This document shows positions 40,363-51,699 of a stretch of DNA of 64,000 nt, piece by piece. Positions within the stretch are counted from its first letter, which is position 1, and each line of letters begins with the position of its first letter. The position numbers and the translations under genes were made by a program. Source of the stretch: Microbotryum violaceum (Eukaryota); contig CDLV01000005.1 in NCBI GenBank assembly GCA_001244265.2, positions 744,001-808,000 on the forward strand. Reading direction: 5' to 3'. The notes under the pieces were generated by a model. The model did not search any database, was not told where the DNA came from, and saw only the letters and a list, made by a program, of their open reading frames with translations.

Positions 40363-40458
40363 CCCTCTTGGTGTTAGACGAAGTCGGAAGTTTAAAAAAG
40401 GGTCCATGTTGTAATAATCAATCTATACCTCACTCCGAACAACATCTACCTCTCCCGC

Positions 40459-42758
40459 TTAGTCCCACTCGCCCACCCCCTCTCCAAGCCACTCCAATTC
40501 CTCCCTCTCAAAACCCTCCGCATCCCCTCTCCCACTCTCCATATCCACCGCTCTCAAAATGGGCAAACTCCCGACTAACATGACCAAAATCAACACGAAA
40601 CCGTACCTGATCTGACCCGTCGCATTCGTAATGATGGCGACCAACATCGGTCCGAGGAAGGAGGAGGATTTGTCCGTGATGCTGAGGAGACCGAAGAATT
40701 GCGCGGAGCGCGAAGGGGGGATAATTTCGGAGAAACAGGTGCGGATGAAGGCTTGGAGGGAGCCGTAGAGGGCTTTTTGTTTTTTGTTTTGATGAGTCGG
40801 GAAGAATGAAAATGCGGTTGCGTCAGTCAATCAAAGGGAACACTTTAAAGTAGAACTCTGCATCTTCACCGACCCACCTCCAAAGACGAACGCGAGCGGG
40901 TAAATCTGCCACGAAGTTCGGAGCGCGACGATCCCCCAGAAAGGAATCACACACATCCCCATCGCCAACGCCATCAACGTCCTCAAATTCGACCAACCCC
41001 AACGTCTTTGAACCTTGGGCACCGTAATCGCCCCCACGATCCCCGCAGCGGGCGAAATGACAGCGATCGCGATCAAGGCAGCAGTGGGGAGGCCCAACGT
41101 CGTTTTGGCGAACAGCATCGCCGTTGAAGTGATCGTCGACCCGGCATCGCTGAGAAAGAAGCATGCGGCTAGGAAGGTAAAGGTCGCGGGGAGTCGACGC
41201 CATTCGCGGAGCATGCGATCGAGCGCTCGCCAACCTTCTGCGACGCGCGTGCGGATGGGGATATTGGGTGGGGGGTGTTCGGAGAGCGTGTAGTCTTTCG
41301 GAGGACGGAGCCAGATCACCGCCGCTACATGAGGCATTCACAAGGAGTTTGAGTGCGATCAGTAAAATTGGTTCGACTCGACTCTTGTGATATGGACTCA
41401 CGTATGGTACCACCACCCCACACGGCGCCCGCACCAGCGATCGCCATCCTCATCCCCCACGACGATCCACCCCCTATCCCAATCGGGACCAACGCCAACA
41501 CGAGCGCAAGGATCCCACTCGTATACCCGACTGCGATCCCTTTGGACGAAACCGCGGCCGTAGCGAGCGCCTTGGCTTGAATGTATTCGTCCCTTGCGCG
41601 AACAAAGGCCTGCGAGGCCGACAAGAGGACTTCGCCGGGGACTTTGGAAGAGGATCGATTCGCTGAACGAGGACCACCGGGTGTCGAAGGTGGTCGCAGA
41701 GAGGCGAGATGCCGTCGCGCCGAGTCGAGGGTGTTGTGAAGCTCGAGGACGTGGGATGATGACCTTCCGAGATCAGGAACTGTGAATATTGCCGCCCACT
41801 TTCTATGATCTCGCTCTCACTCTTCTGAGCCTCATGAAACTGCGAGACCACTCACGATAGGAATTGAGGCAGACCGATCCAGCGCCGAACGCGACGTTGG
41901 CCCCGATAGCAAGGAGGATGCACAGTAGCCACACGGGTGATTGCGCAGGTGCGACCAAAAAACCCATGGTACAGATCGTGCCGATCGTCGCGAACGCGAC
42001 GAGCAGCCGATGCCTTGCCCTCGCTGTGTTCAGTCCCCCAAAAGTCAGCTCGGCGTCTCATTGCTCGTTGCCTTACGAAAAAAAAACTTCATCTACAGAT
42101 ACGCACGTTCATCAGCCCAATTGCCCATGGAGATGACCGTCAGCGCTTGAACTGCCACACCAGCCGAGTATGTATAGAGCGAGAACGAAGCGGTGTCGAG
42201 GTAGTGCCCCAAGAGGCGAACAGCGCAACGAGTCGAATCGGTCGTTCCACCGCCGTCAGAGGGGACTTGGGACGAAGGGGGACAGGGTAGGAGGTACGAA
42301 GGGCCGAGACGACCATTTTCTCGAGCATAGGTTTCTAGTATGACGGGTAAGAAGAGACCGCCTAATCGAGGCCAGCGATTCCGGTAATGAGGTCAGTCCG
42401 TAGCTCGGTCGAGATGGTGCGGAACAAGTGGGGGTGAGCCCAGACGTCAGCTGCCAGCAGTGGACTCCGACGAACCTGCGACGGTGACATACACCTCGCT
42501 CGCAATTGAGTAGGCGTAAAAACCCTTGAGCAACCTCTTTCGATGACTGCTGTTCTTCTTGTTGCCGTACACGCCGTTTGACGATCCATCGCTTGTGGAA
42601 CGAGGCTCGCCCAGTTCGGCGTGAGGGTGTGGGGTCGTAACGCTGCCGTCCAAGAGGGCCCAGGCCTCGTCACCATCGGCGGGCGGCAGCTCGGGCACAC
42701 CCACGACCTCGGCCCGTTGGATCGGCGTCAGGTGGGTTGAGACTTTAGACGAGGTCAT
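40459..42758 (-). CDS. ATG22: Atg22-like vacuolar amino-acid efflux MFS transporter
   Basis: GFYAYSIASE, SSKGIAVGY, FLAACFFLSD, FSEIIPPSRSAQFFGLLSITDKSSSFLGP. Confidence 0.88.
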
Positions 42759-43134
42759 GCCTGGTGCATCGGGGCTACTTTGAGGTGCGACAAAGTGCGG
42801 CGACGCCACGTCGAGAGCCGAACGTGGCGAACGCGCGTGGGCTTGGGAATCCGGGGCTTTGAAGATTCAGATACTCTGCAGAGGGCGAGCTTCGATGACC
42901 AAATATTCTGGCCTATTTTCTGCGCAGTGATACGGCTCCATGATCACTCCAATTCACCTCATTACAAAATGAGGATAAGAAACATTAGCTGCTCGGCGCG
43001 AGGGCCTCGGGCGGCGGACTGAGTTACTGAGCCTTTAGGCTTGCCAAAAGTGCTCTCGCTCGAAATTTCCCGAATACCTAACCCATCTTCGCTGATAATG
43101 TCTACAACACGTATTATGAACCTCTCTACAACAA

Positions 43135-44757
43135 TTAAAGCCCCAAATCCAACGCCTCAATGGTTTTCGAGACCTGTAAATCCTCATCATCGTCATCTTC
43201 TTCCTCGTCTTCTTCATCCTCATCAAAGTCGTCCCCTTCTTCTCCACGTTCCTCTTCTTGCTCGACTGGGAACACACTCTTTTCTCCTTCGGCATTCTCC
43301 AATCCACCCACTATCGAACCATTTCCCGAGGCCTCCCTCTGTCTGCCGCCCATGCCCGTGCCTTCGCCGGTCTCCCCACTGCTTTTCTTTGATCCATGAA
43401 CGGCTCTTTCTTCCCCAACTCCACCAGCAACCACACACCTACTTTTCCCTGCCCCTTCCCCGCCCCCCGCACCAGATCCAATCCCAGTCCCAACTCCTAT
43501 CCCTATCCCGGCCCCACCCCCACCCCCACCGTCCAACTCCTTCCCCGTCCGTCCCTTGTCGAAAAGTTTCTTCCCTTCCCCTCCTTCCTCCGCCCCATGT
43601 CCGTGCGCAGCTGCTGCAGTCGGATCATGTTCGACGATGACCTTCATACTCGCATGTACGCCCTTTTTTCCCGGAAAGCCATGGGGCCATAACCAAGGCA
43701 CACGGGACGAAGGTTTGGGGACAAAGATACCGTCTGGGAGAGTGGAGGAGGAGGGGAGGGGTTTGGTAGGGGTTGGGTTGGAGGATGAGGAAGGAGGCAC
43801 GGTCGACGAAGCGGTGTTGTTGGAGGTGTGGGTGGTCGGGGGTAAGAGCCGACGTAGGAAGGCGAGATGTTCGGGTTTGGGCGGGGGTTGTCGCAGGTAT
43901 CTGTGGTCCAGAGCGAGTGATTAGCGACAGGGAAGGCAAGGTTTGACTTTGCACGAACCTGGACATTTCTTCGGACCAAGCGCCCTCGGACCATCCTTGT
44001 AGCTTCCTCAGCGCCGCACCCATCATGGCCACCACGTCCGATCCGTCCAAATCATGAATATAAATAGGGTATCCAGTCCGATTGATCAAGAGCTGTGTTT
44101 GTGCGACGATCAGGATCAGCCGAGGAGGAGAAAGGGGGGGAAAAAAGGCTCGGGGGTGGTAGAATGAGGACCGGGACTGACCTCGAGTACGAGTTTGACC
44201 GTCGCAGCCGTAAAAGGGATCGCACCATCCTTGGCTTTACCCACTTTGACATGCACCAACTTGACCCCCCTTTGCCGAGCCCAGGTCGTCAAAGACGACG
44301 GTCTTGCTTCGTCCGGTCCTGGCTCGGTCGGCCTCGTCGCGGCGCCACTCGGTCCTACCAGCTCGCCATTCTCTTCGTAGGTCGAGATGGGCTTCGGCGT
44401 GAGGGAGATGATGGTGCGGAGGTGGAGCGTATCGAGGAAAGGGAGGTTGTGCCATCGGGGTAGTGAACCTCTGTAAAGGGGAAAGGAGGACGAGTTGGTC
44501 GAGGAGGATGGGGACGATGGGGACGATGGGGACGATGGGGACGATGGGGACGATGGGGACGATGTGGACGATGGGGAGGAAGAGGAAGAGGGGGGCTCGA
44601 GGGAGGTTACATGCTGAGGTAGGGCTGCAGAGGCCAAGTGCGCGAACCGGAAGGGTGGGATCAGCGATCGGTCCTCCAGCTTGGCTGTTGTTGGCTCGGT
44701 GATGGAGGAGCAGCCGCGGACCGAGAGAGAGCGCGAGAGGGCGGGGAGGTGCGGCAT
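43135..44757 (-). CDS. OCA6: Siw14/Oca6-like atypical phosphatase family protein with a degenerate active site
   Basis: LIPPFRFA, LYRGSLPR..NLPFLDTLHLRTIISLTP, PIYIHDLDG...LRKLQGW, C-terminal VSKTIEALDL. Confidence 0.72.
44507..44578. repeat. 9-bp coding minisatellite (GATGGGGAC) x8 encoding Ser-Ser-Pro repeats on the minus strand
   Basis: Six perfect and two imperfect copies read directly. Confidence 0.95.
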
Positions 44758-44900
44758 TAGCTTTTGACTCGAAAGCGAGCTTACAGATTGGGGGTTAAGG
44801 TTCGTGATGAAATCCAAGCGCGCTCCGTCGCGTCGAGCTCAGTGGATCTGTCTCGAACCGACTGTTTCACCCGCGTTCATCCAACCTCGGACGAGCCGTC

Positions 44901-46815
44901 ATGTCATCCAAATACTCGTCCCTGCCCGACATTGCAAGTGCCAGCTTGGTGTGATTGCAAAAAATCTTGTCTGACCTCGCTCCCCTCCTCCATTGCAGGA
45001 CACCGCTCCGGACGTTTATGAAACCGCCGACGTCCCTCTCGAGGCGACACACGCCGTAAGTACCACATCACTTGTCGAGCGAGATCAATCGAAACGAACC
45101 TACCTCTAATCGTTTCCTTGCGATCCCGCAGCTCGACAGCGACTCGGACTCTGACCTGCTCCCCCCTCGAGCCGGCTCACCCTCCTCGACACGTCGAGGC
45201 GCCCTCAACCCCGCCCACCCGAGCGCCGGTCCTTCCTCCTCCAACGGTCGAACGCACAATCCAGAGGACGAGAATCTCGTTGGGAAAAGGTTGGATGCGC
45301 ACGAGGCGAGGAGGAGGTTCCAAAATGCTCGATTTGAGAGAGGTCAGTTTCGTCGATCAGGGGGGACCGTGCACCTTTCGTGCAAAGCGTGACCCGGCAT
45401 AACTTATACTCTATGAAAACTTGGACGAGCGCACAGATTCGAGTCAGAAGAAGTCATCATCGTCGTCGTCGCGTCGTTTGCCGACTACATCAACGTACGC
45501 GCTCGGCGCTTCCCCCTCGCTCAAAGAAGGGAATCACGAACCCGAAACCACGCTCGAGCGCTTGAGGAGGCTTCGGTTCGAGATCACCGAGTTGGAGGAG
45601 GACGTCAGGAAGGAGCAAGCAGCACAGGACGAACAGAAATCACCTTTCGAGCCCACAGGCGATGAAGGTCAAGCACCAGGGGAGAGTCAACCGACGGATC
45701 TCAAGGGCAAGAGGAAAAAGGTTCAACGCGAAGTCTCCCCCGCCGTACTGTTGCAACAACTGCAAATGCTCAGAGGCGATCTGGGGGCATTACAAGTGAA
45801 CGAAGAAGAGATCAAAACGAATGTGTTGCACGACGAAGGGCAAAAGGGCGAATCGGGGAGCGCACTGTCGGAAAAGGTGCAGAATTCTTCCAGACTGCTC
45901 GCAAAGTTGGGGACGGCCACGAGTGGAATATCACCGCTCGCATCGACTTCTCAAGGTGGTGTCACTACGGTGGGCAAGGTCGAGGATCAGGGTTCGACGA
46001 ATCGGGGTGATTTGGAGAGACGGGTGGCCGAGATTGAGAAGCTCGTCGGGGCGAGTGAGGCTGATGTCGACGAGGTGAGTGGTCCGGGCAAAGCATGCTC
46101 GCGTGGCTATACTCGTATTTGACTTTCGAACTCTCCCGCGTGACTGCACGCACAGGCCCATCCAATCCCACCCCCGCTACTGACGACCGTCGGACGGCTC
46201 GACCATCTCCTAACGCTCTTGACCCAACCGCGCCACCTCGACTCGATCTCTCGTCGGGTCAAAGTACTCGTCTCTGAACTCGAGCGTCTCCACGAATCGC
46301 GGCGTAAATTAGGCGATACACGTCCTTTGAACATTGCTCTGTCGGGTGGGATGACCGTCTCGAATGGCGCCGCATCATCCGCCGACAAGGGTCCTACAAC
46401 GACGAACACCGCCTCGGTGCTCGGTGGTTCAGTGTCCCACCCACCCCAGGCGACGTCTTCAACCCAACTCCCTCCCGACGCTCTACAAAAGATCGACGCG
46501 CTCTTTGCGCTTTTACCTCGTCTCGACCCCTTACTACCTCTCGCGCCTCGCGTGCTCAACCGTCTTCGTTCCCTCTCAACCCTGCACACCTCGGCGCACG
46601 AATTCGGCTCCATTCTTGCTCAGCTGAGGGAAGAAGTCGGGAGGTTGACGGAGGCCGAAACGGGGTTGAAGGAGGTGGTGGAAGGGTTTGGGATGAGTCT
46701 GCAGGAGAACGAAGGGAGAATGAAGGGGAATTTGGAGGGGTTGGAGAAGAGGGTCAAAGAAGTGGTGCGGCGGTTGGAGGGGTTGGGTAGTGAAGAGGAC
46801 GAGGAGGACGAGTAG
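44901..46815 (+). CDS. DCTN2: Dynactin subunit 2 (dynamitin/p50)
   Basis: MSSKYSSLPDI|DTAPDVYET, ETTLERLRRLRFEITELEE, LERRVAEIEKLVG, LTQPRHLDSISRRVKVL, RLRSLSTLHTSA. Confidence 0.9.
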
Positions 46816-47150
46816 TACAGCGATCGATCGATTAATGATGTAGAGTCTGGTCCATGGGATAGAGTGCTATTTCTTTAGTTTGTGCATAGATCGGTGGGGA
46901 GTGGGAAGCGTCGAGGAGGTGTGGTCGCACGAGGTTTGGCTGTGGACCGCGTTTGACTCGGGCGGCGAGCGCTCGGGTCTGGTCACGTGCTCTAGGGACT
47001 GTCATCAGCTGCTGGAATGAAACCGCGTGGAGCTCGACTCGTAGCACCCTGCCACCAACAAAGAGACACTCACCCGAAACACGACCCTCCCAACTACTGT
47101 TCGTGATACGGTCCCACCCATCGTGCTCAGGACGAGCTGTCTCAGCGTTC

Positions 47151-47414
47151 TCAAAGGCCAATCCTCTCATTCCTCGCCCTGATCGTCTCACTCTGCGTAT
47201 CATTCGCCATCCCGTCCGCGCCGCCGATCTTTTTCTTCCTCTTGGCATCATTATGATCGGCCGCTGTCGAGGAAGAAGGGGCATCAGGATCCGAGGTGGG
47301 TTGATTGTCCGCTTGGGCTTCTTGAGCTTCCTGACGGGCTTGGACGAACGCTTGCATTTCGGCTACGTCAGAGGGCTTGAGGGTGATGAAGGTGGGCGGA
47401 CGACGGATGGACAT
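47151..47414 (-). CDS. Small protein (87 aa), APC/C subunit Cdc26/Hcn1-like
   Basis: N-terminus MSIRRPPTFITLKPSDVAEM resembles the Cdc26 motif M(L/I)RRxPTxIxL..D, followed by a low-complexity tail. Confidence 0.6.
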   Translation of the reverse strand: MSIRRPPTFITLKPSDVAEMQAFVQARQEAQEAQADNQPTSDPDAPSSSTAADHNDAKRKKKIGGADGMANDTQSETIRARNERIGL

Positions 47415-47689
47415 GGTTGGACCTCTGGGCTCGGCGTCGGAGGTGGTGTGATCGATGGGTCGGTAGATGAGCACGAGGAAGAAAGACGGATGCGCGCGTG
47501 AGACCACGACGCTCAACATTTGCGCTAGACATCTCTCGACATCTCCGCCGCTAGGCATCTCGGTCAGGTCGGTGGAAGTGGTCAAGCGATCGTACGGTGG
47601 GTCGTCGCCTCTCTGGCAGCTACTCTCTCACTCGACCGTGACCTCCGAGTCGACGCGTCTTCGTGGAGTGACCCCACCCCAAATCCAAG

Positions 47690-50178
47690 ATGGTCGGGCC
47701 GGGCGAGTCGCCGATCAAGGCGTGGATCGCGCAGGACACGATCGCCTACAGCCGAGAATACAACTTTCAGCTCGGCGCGACCATGGACAAGCAACGCAAG
47801 CTGCAGCTCATAGAGGTGAGCTGACTCCAGCTTCACCTGCAGGCCACGCAGATCTGGCCACAGTGCTGACCGTCGCGTCGAAACGCGTCGCTCGCCACCT
47901 CTTTTCTCTCCGACCAGACTTCCGGACTCGATACGGGCATCGACAACGTCCACTTGTGGGCTACCATGACCGACAGTGATCTCTGGATCCACGTCGCCAT
48001 CCCACTCGACGTGGTGCGCACCTTTAACCAGTCAGTCTCACTCTCCCCTGTCGTACCCAACGTCAAGTGACTGACTCCTCACCCACCTCCTGCCTCTCGA
48101 TTTTTTCCCCTCAAACAGCGACAGCGCCGAAGCTTTCACCGCACTCAAGGAGCACATCTTCACCATCACCTCGTACGACTACGTCTACGCCAGTCCGGTC
48201 GGCTACAATCTCTCCGCCAAACGCTTCGAGGCCATGTCCCCACGCCTTGTACTCCGCGTCCTCGAATTCCACCTTTACGGTCTCTACAGGGGTCTCGCCT
48301 CCCGTCATTCCGACAAGTCCGTCAGGGACTACAGATCCCAAAAGAGTGGACATCCGGAATTGTATCGGTCAATCGAACGCATCGAACACAGCAACCGGGA
48401 GTCCGCCCAGGTTTCGAATCAGGCTCAACTCTTGAAGCAGGCTCATTCGGGTCAAGCGTCGTTGGAGACCTTGCCCGAACTGTATCCGCATCCCAAAACT
48501 CGTGTCTCGTTGGGCTCCCGTTCGGGTGTCGATGCGGCTCAAGTTAGGGTTGGGGGAGAACGCGAACCTGAGGGGATCAAGCAGCAACTGCCTCTGAACG
48601 GTTACCTCCGAGCGGTCAACTGGACTTTGCCACAGTTTACCGGGGTGAGTACGGGCTGTTTGTAGCACCTTTACGGGTTGAATTTATCTGAAGCCTGTCT
48701 TTACTTTTCGCCGCACAGCCCAGTCATTGGAGTCCCCGAGATCGAACCAAGGCCGAAAGTCCAGCGACTGCTGCGCCTGCCTTGTCTGCGCAAACCGTCG
48801 AGCCCCACCCGGTCGCTTCTACCTCCAAAGCACCCACCCCGATGTCAACCGTCCAGACGGCGTCAAATCCCGCTCCCGCTGTCGAACCTGGAGCTAACGC
48901 CGACCCATTCCAAGCCCCTGTGACCGTCCTCGAGCCCGTTCGCGTGCCTCCCGTTGACTCTCCTCCCAAAATCCCCAAGAAGGAATCGTCGAAACCCCTC
49001 GCCGCCTCATCCTCTCTCTCCGAAGTCATCTCCTCGCTCAAAGAGGTCGAAGAACATTTCTACGAGGATTGGACGCCGTCCTCACATCCCGAACATAAAA
49101 GGCGAAGGTCGGCTTCTTCTTCTGCCTCCTCTTCGACTTCAATTGCCAGACGGCACCCGAGCTCAGCAGCGACGATGGCGGACGATGACAGGATGGACGT
49201 CGACGACCTCCATCCATCCGAAGACGAAAAGGATGAATCGGCAATATCGTCGTCAAATGCGCTTCGTTCGAAACCCCTTTCAAGAGCCAGCACCTGCTCG
49301 CCTCAGCTCGAAGAGAACGTCAAGCCTTTGACGGTCAAGATCAAGGGCAAGCATCTCGAGCTCTTGTCCCGGGAGGAAGGGTATTCCCAAAAACGAGCGC
49401 GCCTCGCCCCAGATGAAGGACCACCACGGAAAATGGATGCCATCATAGCTGAACGAATTCCTCCGCTACAACCTGCCACGGAAAGGCACCTCGGCGACCT
49501 TTCAGCATCATCATTCCGATCGTCGCAGATGCCGAGGCCGGGTCAACTGCCCACTGCGACATTCGAGCCTTTGACGCCGCTAGAAGACGAAGACGATTCG
49601 ACGCAACTGTCGGGAATCCTACCTTTGGAAATGGTTACGCAAGTTGAGGGCCAACCGAATGCTGGACAGGGGCAGGGGAGGAGAGGCTCGTTTACGCCAA
49701 CGCAGCCGTAAGTCTGGCGTTTAAACCCTGTTGTGTAAGACCGAGGGCTGACTGGCTTTGGAGTGTTCTTAGCGAGTCGTCTCGACCGAACGGGAGGGCG
49801 GCTTCGTCACCGTTCACGAACCCGCCACCGTCTTTAACAGCCACCGCCGCGATCATCGCCACCTCCGGCCCAACAAGCGAGGCATCCACGATCCGAGCCA
49901 CTCGACACACCTCAGCCCATCCTACACCAATACTGCACGACCCTACACCGAGGATATTCGAAGAAGACATTAAACCTATAACTACCCCTCCTACAGCCTC
50001 CACCACCAAAAGGGCTCCCGAACCCAACCTTGCAGAGTTCTTCGTACCTGCCCCTGGTGTGGCCCAAGTCGGGCACATGGAAAAGGATCTGGATTGGCTG
50101 CGCCTCCCCGAAGGATTCAAGGCTTTCGTTCCTAGTCGACCGGCGGTGGTGAAGAGGTGGAAGAAGGAGGTGGGGTGA
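47690..50178 (+). CDS. TPP1/Est3-like telomere protein (N-terminal OB fold, long disordered C-terminal region)
   Basis: Spliced N-terminus IKAWIAQ...KLQLIE|...LWATMTDSDLWIHVAI...FTALKEHIFTITSY...LVLRVLEFHL follows the motif order of the TPP1/Est3 OB fold; 3' exon structure approximate. Confidence 0.65.
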
Positions 50179-50920
50179 AAACTTTTACGCTCTGAGCTTT
50201 CGGAAGGCTAGCACTGTTTGTGACGTGTGTTGCAGTTGTACGCATGTGCATTTTGCACAAAATTTCACTAGGACTTTAGTATCGAGGTTGTCCATCAAGC
50301 ATCCAAAGCATACAGCTCTCCCGTGTTCAAGGGCATATGATGCACGCTTTGCCGTGAAAGCCAACAAGAAGAGGATAGTAGACATGAAAGGAGGGATTGT
50401 CTAGGCCTCGTGACGGCACCCTTTGCGTCAGGGTCGGAAGTAATGGGCATACAACTCGGCTGCGAACGTCGTACCACCACGACGAAAGCAGGTCACCTAT
50501 CCGACGACACGAGCTCAGCACCAAACTGGATCCGGACATCAATTGATGGTGCGATGCATTGGCATAAGTTGTGAGAGAGGAATGCAAAAAAAAAAACAGC
50601 TCGCCCGGAGACATCTTTGGCGTCTCGGTGTCCCTGTGGGCTGAACCCACTCGTCGACGGGGACTGCAGTAGTCACTATATAACAGATCAATACGAATGC
50701 ATGTACAGTACAGTGCAGATCGGGGGTTTTTTTTTCCAAAAGAAAAAAATGCCAGAAATGAAGTGCGACAATAGGTTGTGTGCACCCTGCATCGTGCCGG
50801 CCGGCAAAATCCCCCAAGGCGGCCTCAAAAACTGGACGACGCTCTGTTTTCCACCACAAGCGCGCTTTCTCGTTGGTCGCGCCTTGAGGAAAGCACGAGA
50901 GAGCAACGTGGTGCTTGATC

Positions 50921-50949
50921 GCCGGCCACTTCGGTGGCCTGGCTAACAT

Positions 50950-50981
<32 letters not shown>

Positions 50982-51128
50982 GTACGTCGAATGAACGCAT
51001 TCGATGGGGGTCATTTCGCACGGTTCGGCTCGAACTCACCCTCTAGCACCCACCCACCTCAAACAGGGCCCCTGCACAAGGATGACAACATGCAGTCAGA
51101 AAAGGTAACCTACGGGTTATAAAATTTT
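50921..51128 (+). ncRNA. U6: U6 snRNA gene with one spliceosomal intron (exon 1 50921-50981, intron 50982-51066, exon 2 51067-51128)
   Basis: 5' stem-loop GCCGGCCAC-TTCG-GTGGCCTGGC, AAAATTGGAACGATACAGAGAAGATTAGCAT, intron GTACGT...CTCAC...AACAG, then GGCCCCTGCACAAGGATGACA and terminal TTTT. Confidence 0.95.
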
Positions 51129-51347
51129 AGTTTCTGGTTTCCAGGAACTCGGGCATCGGGCACACATCGGGATGTTGTTGATGCTGAGGTATTATCTTGA
51201 CGGTCGATGTAGTACGTGCGGTGGCAAAGGTTCTCAACTTCCGGCTCAACTGCAAAGTTGCGGGCCCAGGTGCGCAAAGGGGGTGGGATGGACAAGCACG
51301 GGCGAGATATGCCACGAGCCTTGGTGGGCTATGCCATGGGAAGCCTT

Positions 51348-51470
51348 TAGCACCCACCCACCCACCTCGAACAGGGCACCTGCACAAGGATGACAACATG
51401 CAGTCAGAAAAGGTAACCCACGGGTTATAAAATTTTCACAAGATTTCCTATGAATTCGGGCATCGGGCAT
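51348..51470 (+). pseudogene. Partial duplicate of U6 (intron 3' end, exon 2 and 3' flank)
   Basis: TAGCACCCACCC...AACAG GGCACCTGCACAAGGATGACAACATGCAGTCAGAAAAGGTAACCCACGGGTTATAAAATTTT matches 51044-51128; no ACAGAGA box upstream. Confidence 0.9.
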
Positions 51471-51699
51471 CCCACTTGCAAGGGTTGCATCCCGCAACTC
51501 TGTGATGCCAGACCGATCCAACTTATTGCCATCCTCACGGGCGACGCCCCTGACCGTCTCACTGTCGGGGGAAAACTGAACGCGCGCCAAGGCTGGACAT
51601 GCCGACGCCGACGGAAAGCGGGAAGCGCCGCATTCCAGAGCGAGAGAGCCGGCGCCTTGAGAGGCACGAGATCGCTCTCCGGCCTCGCAGGTGCCGGGC

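Noticed and set aside
50180-50920. Telomerase RNA gene next to the TPP1-like gene
   Set aside because: No CTAACCCT-type template or pseudoknot was seen on either strand here; only a generic junction-like fold.
1240-51128. Functional RNA-processing cluster (PRP31, YSH1, TRM7, ELP2, U6)
   Set aside because: The genes are spread over 50 kb among unrelated housekeeping genes, as expected by chance in a gene-dense fungal genome.
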